Below are positions 52,203 to 64,000 of a DNA stretch of 64,000 nucleotides, in pieces. The stretch comes from Macrostomum lignano (taxonomy: Eukaryota). The stretch covers positions 62,001 through 126,000 of the forward strand of contig NIVC01000236.1 in assembly GCA_002269645.1 (NCBI GenBank). The letters run 5' to 3'. The notes under the pieces were generated by a model that was not told where the DNA came from, did not search any database, and saw only the letters and a list, made by a program, of their open reading frames with translations. Positions within the stretch are counted from its first letter, which is position 1, and every line of letters starts with the position of its first letter. Both the position numbers and the translations under genes were made by a program.

Positions 52203-53174
52203 ATGGCCCGAGCTCTGCCGTCACTGCTACTGCTGCTGCTGGTCGTCGGTGCATCCGGAAAGGCGAGAACTGGCGAGCTGCGGGCTAGCTGGCCAACAGC
52301 CAACTCGGCCGCTGAGCAGTCGCTGAGCAGCCAACGTCTCGTTCACTGCTTGTCCTTGTGCGCCGCCAGAGGCTGGTGCGCCAGCGCCCGGTTCACGGGC
52401 TCCGAGTGCCACCTGCTGTTACCCGACGAGGTTGCGGCTCCGGCTGGTGGCCCGGTTCAGCCGGTGCACAGCAAGCCGGGTTTCCCCGGTGAGTGCGCTG
52501 TGCATGACTGGTGAATTTCAACTGTGTGAATCAACAGCAGCAGACAGATGTTTATACATGATCAAAAATAAATTTAGTCAATAACAGCTGAAAATGCCTG
52601 CTTCTATGATGTGTGGACTTGGGTAAAGACTTTCAATTGCTGATCCCTGTCATAAAATTTATTGGCGATAAATTGACCCGCCAAGTTCATTTATGTTGTT
52701 TATGGTACAGACTGGAAGCTTGCGGACCTGCTGCAGTTGCGGATGGCAAGACTGAAACTCAGCAGATCCGACCCGATTGCAGGCAGGGCGCCGCTGTCCA
52801 TGTCCGTCTGCAGGCAGAGCACCATCTGGGGCGCCTCCAACCTGTGCGGCAAAGCCATGGACGGCGACGTCAGCCAGCTGTACCCGACCTGCTTCAGCAC
52901 CGCCAGCGGCCCCAACCAGTGGTGGGAAGCCGAGGCACCCGACGAGGCCTTCATCACCGAGGTGACGCTGTACAACCGGGCCGAGTGCTGCCAGTCCCGG
53001 TTGAACAACTTCGTCATCGAGGTGGATGGCGCCGCTTGCGTGGACTTCGTCACGGCGAACGCCTTCTCCGTGCGGAACTTCAGCTGCAACAGGCGGGGCC
53101 GCAGGCTGCGGGTGACCAGTCGGCTGAACGATGCTCTGACCATCTGCGAGGTGACGGCCTACGGTTTCGTGTGA
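52203..53174 (+). CDS. Secreted PAN/apple-like + F-type lectin (fucolectin/FTP) domain protein, 249 aa; exons 52203-52488 and 52711-53174
   Basis: Signal peptide MARALPSLLLLLLVVGASG; PAN-like CLSLCAARGWCASARFTGSECHLL; phase-1 intron. FTP features QST, KAMDG, CFST, QWWE, VTLYNRAECCQSRL, LTICEVTAYG. Confidence 0.82.
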
Positions 53175-53712
53175 GCTCGTGTGAACTCTGTCGCTCACAA
53201 AGATGGCCTCGACAGAGAGTTCGGCTTGGACTTTCCAGCTGCACAAAAGTTTGAAATTACAAGTACCAGCTGTCTATCTAGACAGTTAGACTAAATTAAC
53301 TAAACAGCGTATCGAGCAGAAGTTTTGACGCCTGCTTGTCTGCCTGTATTTTGTGTCCATAGTAACAAAACAACTAAAAAATGTGTTGGCGCGACTGTCA
53401 AACCACTCAACAGAAGAGATTTGAGAGAAACTTTTTGGAGTTTTTTCTTTGCAAACTTTTACAAGCACGCAGAAAGTCGACGGCACGAAGTGGAGCAGAG
53501 CTGAGATCCAGAAAATCCGGCAGCCTACCAAGCGGAGTTCCGCCTCATCATTTTTTTAACGTTTTTTCAGACAATTGAAGCCGCAAGTCTGGAGAGAAAC
53601 CTAACGAAAAATAGCCTGCCATCTCTGAGATTGACTGTTGTGGAAACCGGCTCGGCTGAGCAAATTTTTGATGAAAGTGCGTTACTATGCGCAGCTTTTT
53701 CTATTTGGGTTT

Positions 53713-53757
53713 CGTCAGACAGCTCAGACAGACACAAACAGAGACAGACAGACAGAC

Positions 53758-53790
<33 letters not shown>

Positions 53791-53905
53791 TAGACACACA
53801 GACAGACACAGACAGACAGACAGATAGACACACAGACAGACAGACAGACACAGACAGACAGACAGACACAGACAGACAGACGGACAGACAGACGGACACA
53901 CACAG
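53713..53905. repeat. (GACA)n microsatellite
   Basis: Direct inspection. Confidence 0.95.
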
Positions 53906-54774
53906 AGAGAACCGCTTAAGAAGAAAATATAGTATGGCCTTTTGTTTTTGCATCTCCCTACTTAAAGTAGACTATGAGCTTGTCAAGCTGAATTATGCCT
54001 TTGACTTACAAATCGTGTTAAATTCTGTCTACTCAGCTCACAGGATTTGAATAACTTTCTCCATATTTTAGTAAATAAATCAGGGAGAGAGGGCATCAGT
54101 GGACCCGGGTCTGGCAGAGTGGGAGCAGCTCCTGCTAAGCCAGCGAGACCCGGCTGCATGAGCAGCTCGATACGTCAGCTCCTTGGCCCTTGAGCATAAA
54201 TAAATGCATCCTGGATATTAGCAGGATGGCTTTATTTTGATGTACGGCTATGCAGATGCGAACGAGAGGGCAGCTCCGTGGATCTCATACTCAAGTCGGG
54301 AGAGTAAATCTCTTCATCAGTTTGAGCTCATAAAATATAAAATACAGGCACAGCAAGGGGGAGTGGGGATGCAGCTGCTTGCTTCTAAAAAAACCAGTTT
54401 GGCCTCTCAAGCGCTCAGCGCGTTAAGCAGCTCAGAGCAGCAATTATGCATCTTTATCCATTGTTTCCCTTGCCCCTGATGGGGGCCACTGCTCAGCATT
54501 GATGGCAAGGTGTTGTATGGTCTGTGAAGCATCAGTGGCTAAATGAATGCGGCAACAGAATGGAAATCCCAAATAGGAATCTGGGATGGCAGTGCTATTC
54601 CGTAAAATGTCTGCCTCCGTGTGCACTTGTTGCCGTTGTAGAGGAAGAAGCTTTCTTTGTTTATTAACCCTGCCACAATGGGCAGATGTGCAACCGACAG
54701 CTCAGCCGCAGCCATTGCGCGTCGCATCTGAAGGCTGCGTACGGCTGTTCAGTCCAGGGGGGGTCGCCGCACAC

Positions 54775-54930
54775 CTTTAATTACCCAGCTAATGCTGGCA
54801 CCCATTTTACAGCTGGGTGAACTGAAGCAATGCAGAGTTAAGTGTCTTGCTCAAGGACACAAATTGTTCCAAATGCGTCGAGAATCGAACCCCCAACCTT
54901 TCAGTCGTGACTCGTGAGTCAGACGTATAA
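54775..54930 (+). mobile_element. SINE-like fragment (CORE/MIR-like 3' segment)
   Basis: cattttacagctgggtgaactg...aagtgtcttgctcaaggacac...gaatcgaaccc resembles segments widespread in animal SINEs. Recognised from memory; boundaries and family not established. Confidence 0.4.
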
Positions 54931-55603
54931 GAAGTTGTACAAGTATGTGTTTCATGGCCAGAATCATGAAATTTCAGACGAGTTTTTGCCTCGCTTCATG
55001 GCGGTGTGAACTCGCCTTGAGTCTGAATGAGTTTGCAGAGGCGGTGTGGATGCTGCATGTACTGATAGCCGTAGACTTAATGAGCTGGTCACGCTGGCAG
55101 ACACTCCCAGAGGTGCACACACACCTACCTGAACTGCCTCTGCCTTGGTGGCTGGCCCCAATTAGTATGAACCGGCACCGTTCCCGGTAGCCCCCCCCAC
55201 CCTGACGAGGAGCGCTTTGGTTTCTTAGCAAATCCCCATACACTTGCACGATTAAATTAGATGAGAATTCGGAACGTTTGCACTGCTGATAGGTTGAACA
55301 AAGCAAACAAAGTACACATCGACCTTTCTTTCAGAAAAAAAGAAAAACTGTTGTTTCTATTGATTGGTCCACGCAATTAATAGTGAGGAATGACTCAACT
55401 TCATACGATACGCAGATATGTAACCATGGATTCACAACAGCAAGCAAAATTGTAGTTTTTTCAGTGAGTTCAGCCTTAACTATTTTGGTGCAGATTGTTC
55501 AAAGCTTTCTTTGATAGGTGATTTAAAATCTCCAGATTATCCGTCCAGAGTTCTCAGAAACTATGAAGTGTTCCGAATGGCTGCGAGAACTACTTTGGTT
55601 CCC

Positions 55604-58600
55604 TCAGTCAAAAGCGCCAGCCAGCTGCACCTGGCTGCTGATGCTGCCGAAGCAAGACGGCGGAGCTGTTTCGGCTTCCGTTTCCTCCGCGGCGTGCTGG
55701 CTCGGCGGCTCCAACAACGTCAGGCATCGCCTGCTGCCGTTGGCGTCGATCGCGCAGCTGCTACCAACGCCACCGGCGCCGCCATCGCCGCCCCGAGATT
55801 GGCGGCGGCCGTTTCTCGTCATGGGCTCGAGGCGAAGAACCACCCGATTGTAGCGCGGACCGCTGCGCGACTGCGGGTCGCCTCGGTCGCCGTTCGGCCC
55901 CTGCGACCCGCGGCAGCATTGGCTGCGGGAGGAATGGCAGGTGGGGTTGCAGAGCCCGGGGATGGGGTGGGGCTGCAGAGCCCGGGGATGGGGTGGTGCT
56001 GTAGAACCCGGGGATGGGGTGGGGTTGCAGAGCCCGGGGATGGGGTGGGGTTGCAGAACCCGGGGATGGGGTGGTGCTGTAGAACCCGGGGATGGGGTGG
56101 GGTTGCAGAGCCCGGGGATGGGGTGGTGCTGTAGAACCCGGGGATGGGGTGGGGTTGCAGAGCCCGGGGATGGGGTGGGGTTGCAGAACCCGGGATGGGG
56201 TGGTGCTGTAGAACCCGGGATTGGGTGGGGCTGCAGAGCCCGGGGATGGGGTGGGGTTGCAGAACCCGGGGATGGGGTGGGGCTGCAGAACTCGGGGATG
56301 GGGTGGGGTTGCAGAGCCGATGATGGGGTGGGGCTGTAGAACCCGGGGAGGGGGGTGGGGTTGCATAAAAGGTCGGGCAGCAGTATCAGAAACGGTAGGT
56401 CTCACTAATCCGGACACTTACTTGTAGTTGAAAATAAAGAAAATTATTGGATTTGCCGCAGAATTGAGCGTTCCAAGAGTCTGAAGATGGATATTGTTTA
56501 ACAACAGGCTTAACTACAAAGTAAATGAAAATGATTGAAAATGACTTTTTATGAATGGTTTTTAAGTTACCTGTATGAAGGCCCGTACATTGTTTGACCA
56601 TGACGCTGCTTTGTAAACGTCAAGGAAGTTACCGATTGTGTACGGCAGCCAGCACAGAATGAACACTGGGTTGGGCGGAGTTGGGAATGAGTTAATGCTG
56701 TGATTGTGTAGGTCAACAATGTTAAATTTGAATGCCGATATGTATAGTAAACAAGTTTATGAAGCGACAGAGAGACAGACTGAAAATTCTGAGCAAACTG
56801 AGCACCTGCTAGTCTCATAAATTGAAGTCAGCTTATACCTGACCAAGAGGATGGCTCTGTTTGCAATATATGCCTCGCATTCAAAGCTGGGAGTGCTTTG
56901 AGTAGCTTGGCAACTCCAGGCAGTCAGCAGACTGTCTGCGCGATCGAATATCTCTTGAGCCCGCTCCCTTTCCTGCCCCCCCCCCTGCCCATCCCGCTGC
57001 ATGTTTGCGAGCTGTCATCCAGGCAGAGGACAAGAGCGGGCAATATTGGCTGTGAGCATCCCTCAATTCCGCTGTAGCAACAGAGCGCGTGCTGGTCGAG
57101 TGCTCAGCGAGTTTCTGTCCTCGGTGCATCAATCTTGCTGCTCCTGCTGTGCCAGTTGATCTTCGCTCTAGATTGAAGTAACTGATTCTTGCTATCTACA
57201 GAAAAATTATAGCTTATGATCGAGTCACGCATCTTCTCTCAATAATTTGCTATTGCCTCTCATAGAATAAGCAAACACTCCACTTTTGATTGCGAGCCCA
57301 TTGTCCCTGGCTGGCGCGTAGACTCTAGACTCTGCCCCTAACCCTGTTGCCTTCCCATCCCTAGAAAGTCACCACCACAGCTTTTTATTATGTAGATGTA
57401 CAGCCTCTCAGTTGTTCTGGAACTTCATCTACTCAAACCCCGAACCACCCAAATCTGTAAATTTTCTACATTTTGCATACTAAAAAAGACTTATTTGGTT
57501 ATTTGAACTCCGCTCCCATCTCACCTGAAACAATGGTGCACGTGACTTTAACAGTTTTGATCTTGGCTCGAGTCACCGTGCTGGAAGCGGCGTGCTGCTG
57601 CGATTTGTGCTGATGCTGCTGGTGCTGCTGGCGTTGCTGCTGCTGGCTCTGCTGCTTCCGCTTGTTGCGGTGGCTGCTGGACAACGGCAGGTTGGAGCCG
57701 CGGCTCGACCGGCAGATTATTACAATTAAAATGATGTGGCAGATGGCCACAATAATCACGGGAATGACGAAAATCGTGACCATGTTGGCCGTGACGTACA
57801 CCTGGCAGGTTTTTGGAGTGTGCGGCAGGATAAGATTCTCTCAATTTGAGCTGTTGTCTGAGCCCCTTGCATTCTGACTGCAGTCTAAACCGATGCCTGA
57901 GGATCAGCCCCTTGCATGCTGACTGCAGTCTAAACCGATGCCTGAGGATCAGCCCCTTGCATGCTGACTGCAGTCTAAACCGATGCCTGAGGATCAGCCC
58001 CTTGCATTCTGACTGCAGTCTAAACCGATACCTGAGGATCAGCCCCTTGCATGCTGACTGCAGTCTAAACCGATGCCTGAGGATCAGCCCCTTGCATTCT
58101 GACTGCAGTCTAAACCGATACCTGAGGATCAGCCCCTTGCATTCTGACTGCAGTCTAAACCGATGCCTGAGGATCAGCCCCTTGCATTCTGACTGCAGTC
58201 TAAACCGATGCCTGAGGATCAGCCCCTTGCATGCTGACTGCAGTCTAAACCGATGCCTGAAGATCAGCCCCTTGCATTCTGACTGCAGTCTAAACCGATG
58301 CCTGAGGATCAGCCCCTTGCATGCTGACTGCAGTCTAAACCGATGCCTGAGGATCAGCCCCTTGCATGCTGACTGCAGTCTAAACCGATGCCTGAGGATC
58401 AGCCCCTTGCATGCTGACTGCAATCTAAACCGATGCCTTAGGTTGCCTGAGGCCCAGCACATCCAGAGATGAAGCACCTCACCTGCCAGAAGACTTCCCT
58501 CTCCTGCCGAGTGACGTTCTGGCCCAGGCCGTAGATGATCATGCACTGTCGGCCGAAAATGCGGTGCTGCTCAACGTGAGTCCAGAATAGAATCGGCCAG

Positions 58601-61600
58601 CTGTAGAGGCCGCTCAGCAGCCAGGAGCCGGCTATGATGCAGCCGGTTTGAAAGCCTGAAATTTGCAGCCGTTTAGTCATTGCGTCATTATCGTCATTAT
58701 CAATATGATCGTAGATAAACAGGTGTAACAGGTGTAACAGGTGTAAGAGTTTCTATTCTAGACTCCTGACTTAATTATCTTGCCATGCGCTGCTGTTGAG
58801 CCGGTTCGGCCCCTCAGCCACCTTGCCCTGCTTTTTTAGTCTTCCATCAACACACTTTACATGCGTGTACGACCTAGAAGCAGGGTATCTACGCTCGTAC
58901 TTGCTTTATCTCAGCAAGCATTTTAGTTCTACAGAAAGCTGCTGTCAAATTGGTTATAGAATTTCCTCACCTCTCTTGGATGTTGACGCTCTCAGCGGAT
59001 TCGAGATGGCGTCCACTCGGTCGATGCTCAAAGCTACCAGCGCGTGAGCGGCTGCGTAGGCAACCAGGTGCTGACCGGGATGAAGGCGGGAGGGCTTTTA
59101 GGCTTTTAGCACTGTGCACTACTCGCACAATTCCACCATACAAAATGCCACCAGAAAGAATGTCACTAGAGACAATGCCACCTGACACAATGCCACCAGA
59201 CACAATGCCACCAGACACAATGCCACCAGACACAATGCCACCAGACACAATGCCACCAGACACAATGCCACCAGACACAATGCCACCAGACACAATGCCA
59301 CCAGACACAATGCCACCAGACACAATGCCACCAGACACAATGCCACCAGACACAATGCCACCAGACACAATGCCACCAGACACAATGCCACCAGACACAA
59401 TGCCACCAGACACAATGCCACCAGACACAATGCCACCAGACACAATGCCACCAGACACAGTGTCACCCGGCTCTCCCCATACTCAATGGTGCATATCTCG
59501 AGCACTTTGCCGCCTCCCCTGACCCAATAGTTTCTGTAAGTATCAAAGCATACCTGAACAAAGAACTTCGCCTTGCAGAGAAACTCAGGCCCGTAGAACT
59601 GCATGAGAAGCCGCTCCGCAATCTGCGGCAGCACCAGCACCAGGCCAACCAGGAGGTCTGTGGGTTGTTGGGCTGAATCAGTTAAGTTTTTTTTCACTCG
59701 TGGCAAAAGTGCAGGACAGAAAAGAACAAACTTCTTGTGGGTTAGCTTGTGGGTTAGATGCGTTGGAAGGCTGCAGAACTTGCTCCCAACACAATATTCT
59801 CCAACAGAAACTGCCAATTCTGCTTTCAAGCCGCCTAATCAAATATTCCGGATCTGATTTGGAGAGTTGGAGGCGCCGTGAATCGCAAATTGAATTTCGA
59901 CAAGTTGTCGGTGAGCCGAACTGGGAGGGTGGAAGAGCGTTCTGCGCGCGCCCTTATTGGCGAAGGTGCGCCCTGCAGGCCCAGCATCTCAGCTTGTGGG
60001 AGAGCTCGCATCCTTGACACTTCCTGTCGCTTGTTTCAGGCTATTAACTGCCCTGCTGGCCTTCACAAAAGTAGTCATCGATGCGTTAAACAATCCAGCC
60101 ACGAGCGCTCACTAATCCGATGAAGGATTAGCTCCCTAACCCATTATAGCCGCCCGGGCAGCCGCGTATCTTTGGACTTTTTTATTACCTGATATTTTCC
60201 TGCATTAAAACTGTTGGCAATATTCCGCGATTTCATCAACGTGTTCCAGAAATGCCTCATCAGCTGGGCAGGCTGGGCTCCCCTCTCTCCCCTATAGTCC
60301 TCGAGGGCAAAAACACATCATGCATAGGTGAGAGAGATTGAGACTGAAAAACCTTGGAAAATGGGATTATGCTTTGAGATTGGGTTCCTAATCGGGATTA
60401 TCAGTCAGGGGAATGAAAAGCATTACCACCCAAAAGAGAAAATATTTTTCATCCACAAGGATCCTTTGTCGGCATTCGTGGCGCCTCATTCTTTTTTGAG
60501 TTACAAAGAGCCGCGAGAATAGCTTCCGTGATCCGCTCTCTAATTAAGAAATCTGCCTCTGATCTGCATCAAATGCACTTTTACTAAGAACAATGTAAAT
60601 TGTCTTCGTTTGAGTCCATGCCTAGACTGAGCTTATTGATCCATCTCAATCTCAATCTCAATCTCAATCCTAATCTCAATCTCAATCTCAATCTCAATCT
60701 TAATCTCAATCTCAATCTCAATCTCAATCTAAATCTCAATCTCACTCTAATCTCATTCTAAATCTCAATCTCAATCCCAAATTAATCTAAATATCAATCT
60801 CAGTCTCAATCTCAATCTCAATCTCAATCTCAATCTCAATCTCAATCTCAATCTCAGTCTCAATCTCAATCTCAATCTCAATCTCAATCTCAATCTCAAT
60901 CTCAATCTCAATCTCAATCTCAATCTCAATCTCAATCTCAATCTCAATCTCAATCTCATTCTAAATCTCAATCTCAATCTCAATCTTAATCTCAATTTTA
61001 ATCCTAATCTCAATCTAAATCTCAATCTCAATCTAAATCTCAATCTCAATCTCAATTTTAATCCTAATCTCAATCCTAATCTCAATCTAAATCTCAATCT
61101 CAATCTCAATCTCAATCTCAATCTCAATCTCAATTTTAATCCTAATCTCAATCCTAATCTCAATCCTAATCTCAATCTCAATCTCAATCTCAATCTCAAT
61201 CTCAATCTCAATCTCAATTTTAATCATAATCTCAATCCTAATCTCAATCTAAATCTCAATCTCAATCTCAATATCAATCTCAATATCAATCTCAATCTCA
61301 ATCTCAATTTTAATCCTAATCTCAATCCTAATCTCAATCTAAATCTCAATCTCAATCTCAATCTCAATCTCAATCTCAATCTCAATCTCAATATCAATAT
61401 CAATATCAATCTCAATCTCAATCTCAATCTCAATCTCAATCTCAATCTCAATCTCAATCTCAATCCCAAATCAATCTAAATCTCAATCTCAATCTCAATC
61501 TCAATCCCAAATCAATCTAAATCTTCATCTCAATCTCAATCTCAATCTCAATTTTAATCCTAATCTCAATCTCAATCTCAATCTCAATCTCAATCTCAAT

Positions 61601-62311
61601 CTCAATCCTAATTTCAATATCAATATCAATCTCATTCTCAATCTCAGTCTTACCCTCATCCTCATCTTTAGTCACAATATCGCAGTCTCTCACCTGCCAC
61701 GCCTAGGTTGGTGATGAAGCAGGTCATGCGGCACTTCTGTCGCCTGGCCACGCTTGCCAGTAGCGCCGTGTTGCCAATGAGAATGAGCGCCAGGTTCACG
61801 GACAGTGACAGGAAGTAGCCCAGCTGGTTCAGCTGTCAGTTCGGTGGGGGAGTTGGGGGGGGGGCTTCGAGTTCGCAGTGTATGGCATAGATAATATAAA
61901 TAACAAATAAGCATTGAGCATATCAGGCTAGAGATGAAAAAGAAGAAAACCGATCATAAGAAAAAGCTTGACGTCGAGGAGTTTCATGCAGATTCGAGAG
62001 AGGCGGCCCTGTTTCCTGCAGCGGGCAAGGCAATTAACTGCCCGTCCTCCGATCTGTCGCTTCTGTAAGCCCGCCGGCTTGGCCGTCTGAGCCAGCCTCA
62101 GCTTTGATTGGCATCCGGGATGGAGAAAGGGCTCGGGCGAGAAGTGCAAAGCTCCGGCTTTGAATTGTCTTCTGCCGGAAAAAAATCTGTCTGCAGTCCG
62201 CAGATGAACAAAATCTCCGTGTATTTTTAAACGCACTGCCTGTTGCAGACAAACCAGTGGAAGTTTGCTGCTGCAAGGGCTCGACTGGTCAGGCCGGGTG
62301 TTATTCATCAT
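55604..62311 (-). CDS. Rhodopsin-class neuropeptide GPCR of the vasopressin/NPS/CCAP receptor group, most like NPS/CCAP receptors. Exons 61832-61694, 59657-59554, 59070-58971, 58655-58483, 57801-57525, 56665-56571, 56480-56422, 55922-55604; first exon tentatively 62311-62255
   Basis: Eight exons join in frame with GT-AG. TM1 LIGN; TM2 RMTCFITNLGVADL; ECL1 FLCK; TM3 LVALSIDRVDAISNP; TM4 W; TM5 FVIP; ICL3 RAKIKTVKVT; TM6 FILCWLPY; TM7 FIQTLGTLNSAANPIIF; C-tail CC. The candidate first exon (MMNNT..., weak GTTTGT donor) is uncertain. Confidence 0.88.
55940..56345. repeat. 26-bp G-rich minisatellite in the last GPCR intron
   Basis: gggatggggtggggttgcagagcccg tandem copies. Confidence 0.93.
57860..58440. 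repeat. 45-bp minisatellite filling a GPCR intron
   Basis: cagccccttgcatgctgactgcagtctaaaccgatgcctgaggat, about 13 copies. Confidence 0.96.
59145..59462. repeat. 15-bp minisatellite (acaatgccaccagac) in a GPCR intron
   Basis: About 20 copies. Confidence 0.96.
60645..61650. repeat. (ATCTCA)n hexamer array in a GPCR intron
   Basis: About 1 kb with atctaa/atccta variants. Confidence 0.97.
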
Positions 62312-63331
62312 GGTCCATGCCGGCTACATTATTCAGGTTGGCAGGGACTCCGGGTGACTGGACTGGGGAGGAGGCGGGAGCTGAGGGCAGGCGGGACTCA
62401 GGCGGAGCAGTATAGTTAATTTTTCGATTATTTCAACCGGTTTCTCCCAATCTCATAAGCCGGCAGCTCCACCTCGGAGTTCGGATCCCAGCGGTATGGC
62501 ATGAAACAGCTGAGCTTGCGCTGCGCAGCCTGTGGGGGAGACGGAATCTGGGGACTTGCAGGAACTGGGAGAAGGAATTAACCTCCGCAATATTAAGTAA
62601 TGAAAGTTGAACTTGCGAACATACAATGAAAAATAAGCGCTTCTGAGCAGGGATGCTGGGGGAGCAGGAAGGGAGACAGAGAAGGGGAGAAAGAGAGCGG
62701 TGGGGAGGCTGCAGTGGAGATACGCAAGTGCGGTGCCTTTCCTGGTCTGCTGGAATCTGACAGAGAGTTCTAATAAGACCGCGTCGGAACGGGAAAGGAG
62801 GCAGGAAGCTGTGAAAGATGATAGAGCCTACAGGCTACAGTCTACAGGCTGGCAGCCGCATCAGATGGACAGTTTTGAGCAGCTGCTCATTATTTGAGCC
62901 GGTGCGGATAGCGAGTGGCCCGCATCAAGCTGTCTGAATTGGAAATTGCTACTCTTATCCTGGGTCAGGCTAAATTGCTGTGGATGCAGGACAGAGCGAA
63001 ATGAAAGCAAGAGAAGATGAGATGGAGTTTTGGCAGCTTGAGCTGGTCTGGTTTTTCAATAAAAATGCACTCCGCAATATTCACTACCGCATGCAGGATG
63101 GAGGTGAAAAAAGCTGAAAACCAAGCTGAGGAGGCCAAGATGAGCACTTTCGATATTGCTTCTCCACTCAGACTTCAGTCTCATCTCATGCAACTCACCA
63201 CCTGCAGGCTGCTCAGCTGTGATAAGCTGCGAGTAACTGTGCTTAACTGTGATCTTCACAATCACAGTTGCTTGGACCTCACTGGTTCATATCGCTCGCT
63301 CCGTCCCACTCGCTTGCAGCGCAAACAACGA

Positions 63332-63690
63332 CACACTGACACCGTCACTGTCCCACTCTCTTTGACACAACCCACACTGACACCGTCACTGTCCCACTCT
63401 CTTTGACACAACCCACACTGACACCGTCACTGTCCCACTCTCTTTGACACAACCCACACTGACACCGTCACTGTCCCACTCTCTTTGACACAACCCACAC
63501 TGACACCGTCACTGTCCCACTCTCTTTGACACAACCCACACTGACACCGTCACTGTCCCACTCTCTTTGACACAACCCACACTGACACTCAGTCACTGTC
63601 CCACTCTCTTTGAAACAACCCACACTGACACACTGTCACTGTCCCACTCTCTTTGACACAACCCACACTGACACTCAGTCACTGTCCCAT
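63332..63690. repeat. 41-bp minisatellite (cacactgacaccgtcactgtcccactctctttgacacaacc)
   Basis: About 8-9 copies. Confidence 0.94.
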
Positions 63691-64000
63691 TCGCTTGCAG
63701 ATCCGTGGATGCTGCACTAATTTACAACTTACGCTGGGATGCGGGGCGTTGCTGAAGTTGCCATTTGCAGCAGCAGTCGACAGCTCAATTGGAGGGGCAG
63801 TGCTGACCAGCATGGTAGCTCAAGATCTCTTCTGTTGGTCTGTTAGCTCCAGGAAGCGAGTCAGGGGGGTCCTTGCGCCAGGTTGCCTTTTTAGGCTTCG
63901 GAAAATATACTACTGGATAGAAGCTTGCAGTGGTTTGGGTTGAGTTGCCTCCACCCCCTCTACTCGTCCTCCATCCTGATTGGTCTAAAGAGAAGTAAAA

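Noticed and set aside
55511-56134. 207-aa plus-strand ORF
   Set aside because: Antisense to the last GPCR exon and running into the 26-bp minisatellite.

Overview
Eukaryotic (animal) genomic DNA. GC-rich exons sit among AT-rich spacers and many minisatellites, which is consistent with a Macrostomum-type flatworm (inference, not verified). Spliced genes reconstructed by hand on the + strand: SMG5 (2417-5535), an intronless HSP10 (9699-10022), ALDH9A1-like (10825-14991), a small 6-Cys secreted protein (48596-50831) and a PAN + F-type-lectin protein (52203-53174). On the - strand: a small ankyrin protein (21960-22373), a 1229-aa secreted protein with five tandem copies of an unassigned ~187-aa domain (42178-47181) and an NPS/CCAP-type GPCR (55604 to about 62311). 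The centre (22556-37078) is a ~14.5-kb foldback-like structure with ~3-kb inverted arms. Inside it is a full-length Ingi-like LINE (25996-30429, 13-bp TSD). This LINE begins exactly with a CPEB3/HDV-like ribozyme fold and encodes a 2A 'stop-go' motif, PHD finger, APE, RT, RNase H and a CCHC motif. Most other ORFs in the supplied track are artefacts of tandem repeats or antisense shadows.
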